DNA of 64,000 bases from Anthoceros angustus. Its lineage: Eukaryota; Plantae; Anthocerotophyta. How positions within the stretch are numbered: the first letter of the stretch is position 1; the number at the start of each line of letters is the position of its first letter. The notes beneath the pieces were generated by a model that saw nothing but the letters and a program-made list of their open reading frames with translations, was not told the origin of the DNA and did no database searches. The stretch spans positions 186,001 to 250,000 of the forward strand of contig VJWM01000025.1 of assembly GCA_010909165.1 (NCBI GenBank), read 5' to 3'. Below, piece after piece: positions 59,500 to 64,000 of this stretch. Both the position numbers and the translations under genes were made by a program.

Positions 59500-62400
59500 G
59501 TGAGATGTGGTGTGTGCAAGTGTGTATGGAATACCGATCTCGTCACTGTGTGTGTGAGTTTTTTCTTCGATTCTCTACATGAAGATGCTGCGGATCTTCA
59601 AGATTCCTTCCCGACATACGCGCCACATCGGGACGACGGGTCAGAGGCGCAAAGTTTTGTCTCGAACTTGCCTCTAGTGTTCCAATCTCTATCTACTATT
59701 CTTTCCGCCATTTAGGGTTTTGTTTTGTATTACACTCATGTTTAGGGTTTTGCATGCACCACACATGGACATATATATCGGATCGGACATGTCTACCGTG
59801 GAAGCCCCATGTGGCATGGTAGTCGTTGAAGACTGCCTTTCCCTTTCACCGACGCGTGTGGCCCCGGATGTTAACCTCGAACATGCTTGATCCGGTGTTT
59901 TCCCCATCTGGTGTGCGTGCCAAACAAGGTGGCCATGGAAGGCAGTCTCTACAGATGCTAATCGTGCAAAGCTTTCTCCCTCTCGCCACTTATCGTTTGA
60001 AACCGAACACGATTGCGGGAAGGAAACCCGTGCAATGCAGGCATTACAGATATGAAAATGCTTGACACTCTCCCCCTCATGCACCTCACCAAACAGGGCA
60101 ATGTCACTGCGTCCTACAAATCCACTTCCGCCCTACCAGACATGTGCCGTAACCGCTGCCGCCATTCAACCAAAAACATCCGAACATAGTCGCTCACACA
60201 CCTCATGGTGGAGCGGTCACAAACAAAACACACCTCCCACGCCCCGCCGGCCCCGGAAGAGCCTCGAGCAGCCCCATCCATCCTCTTGTGCTCCGGAACT
60301 TGGGTCCTCCTGCAGACCGTCCTGCGGTTCGCTTCTTGTGGAGGGGCGGAATGTCCATCCGCACGACATGGGAGGTGCACCCAGCATGCGGGGCTGTGTA
60401 CCAGCTGTCCGTGAGGTTGGGGAGGCAGTTCATCCGACCAATGGGAAGGGGGACCCCGAACCGGAAGGCGTGGCGGGGGACGAGTCGGAGAGGGTGCTCG
60501 TCCACGAGCAACCGCGACCGCAGAATGGCCGCATGCCATGGAGGACCATCGCCCCATTTCCATGGTATGAACGCATTGTGGCATTTCCCATCGGCCGCGT
60601 TGTCGCCGCCGCCGGGTCCCGTCCATCACTCCCTCCATGTCGGCTGGACCTCGTGTTGCGCACCTTCTCCACCACTTCGGGAGGCGATGGCGCCCGTCAT
60701 GGTCAAGGCTGACAGTAATCTGCCGACTTGCCGTTGTTACCATACCCCGGAGCTCCATTGGAGCCGGAGGCTCCACCTTGTTGCGGCCACAGGTGGCCCC
60801 TCCCCACCGGTGCTGGCCCCATTCACGCCTGGCCGTGGCACCGGGTTCGCCTCGCACTTCGCCTTCCATGTTCGGCTTCCGCTTACGCCGCCATCGCTAG
60901 GGTCCGCCGCCTCGCTCGGCTGCACCTCTTCCTCTTCCGGGTGCCACGCCCGGTGCCTCGAGCTCAAAGATGAGCTCGCCAGCCTCGCCGCCTTTGCCGC
61001 CCGGCAGTCAACAAGGCCAGCCTCTCGCTCAATCTTTTGCCGACGCCCACGTCCGTGATAGCGGATGCGGATTAAGTTCCTGCGAGATGACCTCGTAGGG
61101 CCTGGTCTCGTCCACTCCGTCCACACCTGCAAACCCAAATCGCACACATGAGTACTAGCCATGGCAAACCTCACCACTTGCAACCATCATTAGGAGCCAT
61201 TTCAATGAGAATCGCCACCAGCATTGCAACCCATTGCGATACTATTGGTGCTCACTTACCATCGGTCTGCGGATTGTTGTCCGCCCGCCGCTCCTCGCCA
61301 CCGCCGTTCGCAACCCCGACGCCTCCTCGTCGTGGTGGGCGCCTCCCCGCCTCGGTTTCGTTGGCCCCATCGTCACCGGGGCGCCAGACGGCTCCTTCCC
61401 TCAGCTGGCCCCACTGCCCCTCACCGCCGCCTGCCTCACCCTCCGCCTCGCCCCACGGGGCCTTGAGAAGGAGGCGCAAGGGCTTGGGTCTCCGTCCGGC
61501 ATGCGCCTCCGTAGTTGCAGCCCACTGCTTTTGCAACCATTCGCCCTTGGCTTCTCGCAGCCTGGTGGTGAGAACTACTTTGTCCGCCGCAGTAGCTCGA
61601 GCTCGCACCGGCAGCCTCGGCGACCGCATGCCTGTGCCATCCCCTCGCATCAGCCATATGGCGGGCTTCACGTAGCTGGCCCACCTCGCACGTGCGGTGT
61701 GGGTCGCATGTCGCCAAATTTCTCCTCCTCCTGCAGCCACAGCGGGTTGCAACCATCTCGTCAGACACTAATTTCTCGGTTTTGCCTTCGCAGCCCCGTC
61801 ATAGTTCTTGGCGCATGTGCACCCTCTACTGCCCGTGTTTCGGTGAACCGGCAGGCTCACCGTGCAGCCCTTTCATGGCCGTGTCACGACGGAGCATCTA
61901 CGTCCGTTAATGTGTGTATAACCATGCGCATGGTCGGCAATGTGTTCTGTGAGCATGGTGCTATATGGTGTATGTGACCGGGTGTGGAAGACCGGGCATC
62001 AAGGAACGAATCGACAGAGTCACGGCGCATTATTGCCCAAACGACCGGCGCAATATGGCACGATTTCTGATTGAAGGCCATACCGATGCGGCGCCCGCTG
62101 ATTCGCAAGAACGCCGAGGTAGATAAAAGGGCATAGGTCACGAAAACCGGATTGGCTTGATGTTTGTTCGATTGAGCACCATACACGGATCCCAAGGGGT
62201 TCTTAAGTCACGGAAGCTTTGGTAAAGGGACGACGGTTTGCTCGGACAAGGACGCTCCCATTTTTCTTTTGACCGCTGCTTTGTTAGCCCAAGAATACGG
62301 TTTGTCTTAACTGTGGTTGTGAGTGCAATTTCGTCTTGATTAGCATGGCACATGGCCCCTTGTCATGAGCGCTATGTCGCCACTCGTGAAATTGCAAATG

Positions 62401-64000
62401 AAGCACTTACCTCACCGCCCGCTGGGGACTTCCGAGGTGACGCCGCTGGCCGCTGGAGGGCTCCACCAAAGCTGATAGAGGCTCGTGCTCGGCATCGGGC
62501 TTGCCGAGCAAACCGAGCTCACCGCTGCATGCTCGCCGAGGGCCGCCTTCAACCATGGCCCGCGCCACGCCGTGGGCCGCCCTCCACGCCGCCACCGCCT
62601 CCGCCTCCTGGCTGGTGCCAGTTGCCCGGAGTAGGAGCGCTTGCCCGCCACCGCCCACACAGACGGGCTTTCTCGTCTCCATGGCGGTGCAGAAGGCCTC
62701 CTCCCACCGCCATGCCTTCTATTGCGACCTCCTCCGTCCCGGCCGACATGGAAGGCTCAGTCCACTCACCCACCCGCCGCCGCCCCATGTCGCAAAACAC
62801 CTCCGTCATGAGCTCCACTTCAAACCCGCACTTGAGTTGCCGGCTGAAGCGCCCCATCTCACAATCACCATACCCAAGAAAATACATTTTGGACTTAGCC
62901 AACTTGTCCCGAACTTTTGAACATGGCAAGATGCCTCACCCAAACACTCGCAAATGCTTGTAGGATGGTTGCTTTCCGCATCATAGCTCCTCCGAACTCG
63001 CTCATCAAATTTTATTAGAGATCCGTTAATAAGACTGCAGAGAATCGCTCGCCCAAAACCCATTAGGCAATCCAGTTTGACAACAACCACGCATCCTCTC
63101 CTCGAATGGTTCTGCTCATCCGCCACCCACACCATTTTGTGGAGGATATACGGCAATAATTTCTTTTGATTCCTTGGAATCACGTAATGACTGAAAGCTA
63201 AACATACTCGCCACCATTATCTCGCTTAGACACTTCAATCGGCTGACCGATTCTCTACAAGGGTGACAAATTTCAAACACCGTAACTTCATCCTTTTCCT
63301 CAAAGGATAAACCCACACCTTGCGTGAGAAATCATCTATGAAAGTGACAAAATAGGCACCGCCTAATGATGCGATGAGCATAGGTCCACATACATCGCGT
63401 GGAACCAACTCAAGAGGTTTACTTCTTTTACCTCGTGTTCGATGTGATGATTTTTATACATTTCCCATATAAGCAGTGCTCACACATCGAGAGATCGAGT
63501 TAAACGAGGATATAACGAGCGAGATAAAACCTTCATTCCTTCCCGAGACATATGTCCTAACTGCAATGCCACAAGGAAACATTTGGCTGCTTTCACCAGA
63601 TCACATGATCTTTGGCGGTGTTTACAGAAGTAGTACAAAGTGCCACTTGATCCACGATCCAAGAGAACCTTTGGAGATCTTCCAAGAGTGATCCCCAAAA
63701 CCGGTGGTAACATCATCAAATCTGCGCTAATCATGCTCTTTGTCAACTTGAACATGCTACGTCCTTGACATGAATGAAGATCCGTTGTCAAACTTGAGTT
63801 GCACATCACCTCGCTGCGATCGGCATGCATAGTTATTTCCAAGCCTAACGCATCCTTTCCTTGTAGCATCATCGTGCTAAACCACTCTCTATGCGGAGTA
63901 ACATGGAAAGATGCACGAGTCAATTATCCAATTGCGGAATAAATGACTATCCACGGTATTAATTGTGCGGTTCAAGTAAGAAGAGATAAGGACATCTCCG
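59500..64000 (-). mobile_element. Ty1/copia retrotransposon (protease and integrase), GC-rich 3' region and 3' LTR; continues beyond the window
   Basis: Protease ASFHVTPHREWFS (about 63900), LGHMS pre-integrase, integrase DVCGPM..FVTFIDDFSRKVWVY and KSKMYFLGY. PPT GAGGGGGAGAG (60078-60068) abuts TGTCAAG at 60067. The distal LTR end is uncertain. Confidence 0.85.

Noticed and set aside
1-64000. rRNA, tRNA or organellar-insert (NUMT/NUPT) sequences; prokaryotic origin of the whole window
   Set aside because: No rRNA/tRNA signatures or organellar genes were recognised. Spliceosomal introns, LTR/CACTA elements and PLS-PPR genes indicate plant nuclear DNA.

Overview
This is eukaryotic (land-plant) nuclear DNA, most likely from a hornwort. 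That is inferred from the intronless PLS-PPR genes ending in the KPAxA/HAEK/GRP-type 'DYW:KP' deaminase variant linked to U-to-C organellar RNA editing. The sequence has frequent 1-bp indels typical of an imperfectly polished long-read assembly, so frameshifts and some duplications may be artefacts. Layout: (1) 1-17.8 kb is nested transposons: a CACTA end, a Ty3/gypsy integrase-plus-extra-ORF region with its 3' LTR, and a 4-kb non-autonomous element with CCCTA-type TIRs carrying a polypurine minisatellite; a 6.35-kb block of this is tandemly duplicated. (2) 18-24 kb holds a spliced Sola-like/DUF7869-type DDE transposase and a duplicated orphan ORF. (3) 24.5-53 kb is a cluster of about seven paralogous PPR units, interleaved with a CRE-type LINE, tandem repeats and an intact, intronless 407-aa gene that looks bacterial or fungal (HGT candidate). 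(4) 53-64 kb holds a helical-bundle (MLKL/HeLo-like) gene fragment split by a short-LTR chromovirus, followed by a Ty1/copia element. The most striking feature is that the PPR-DYW:KP paralogues carry, just after a putative transit peptide, the PDF motif (W..FF..P..WWDNR..K....PDF..K.SGE.LWL....P.WV) known from OSB organellar ssDNA-binding proteins. This gives a PDF-PPR-E-DYW:KP fusion that I am not aware has been described. No rRNA, tRNA or CRISPR array was found.
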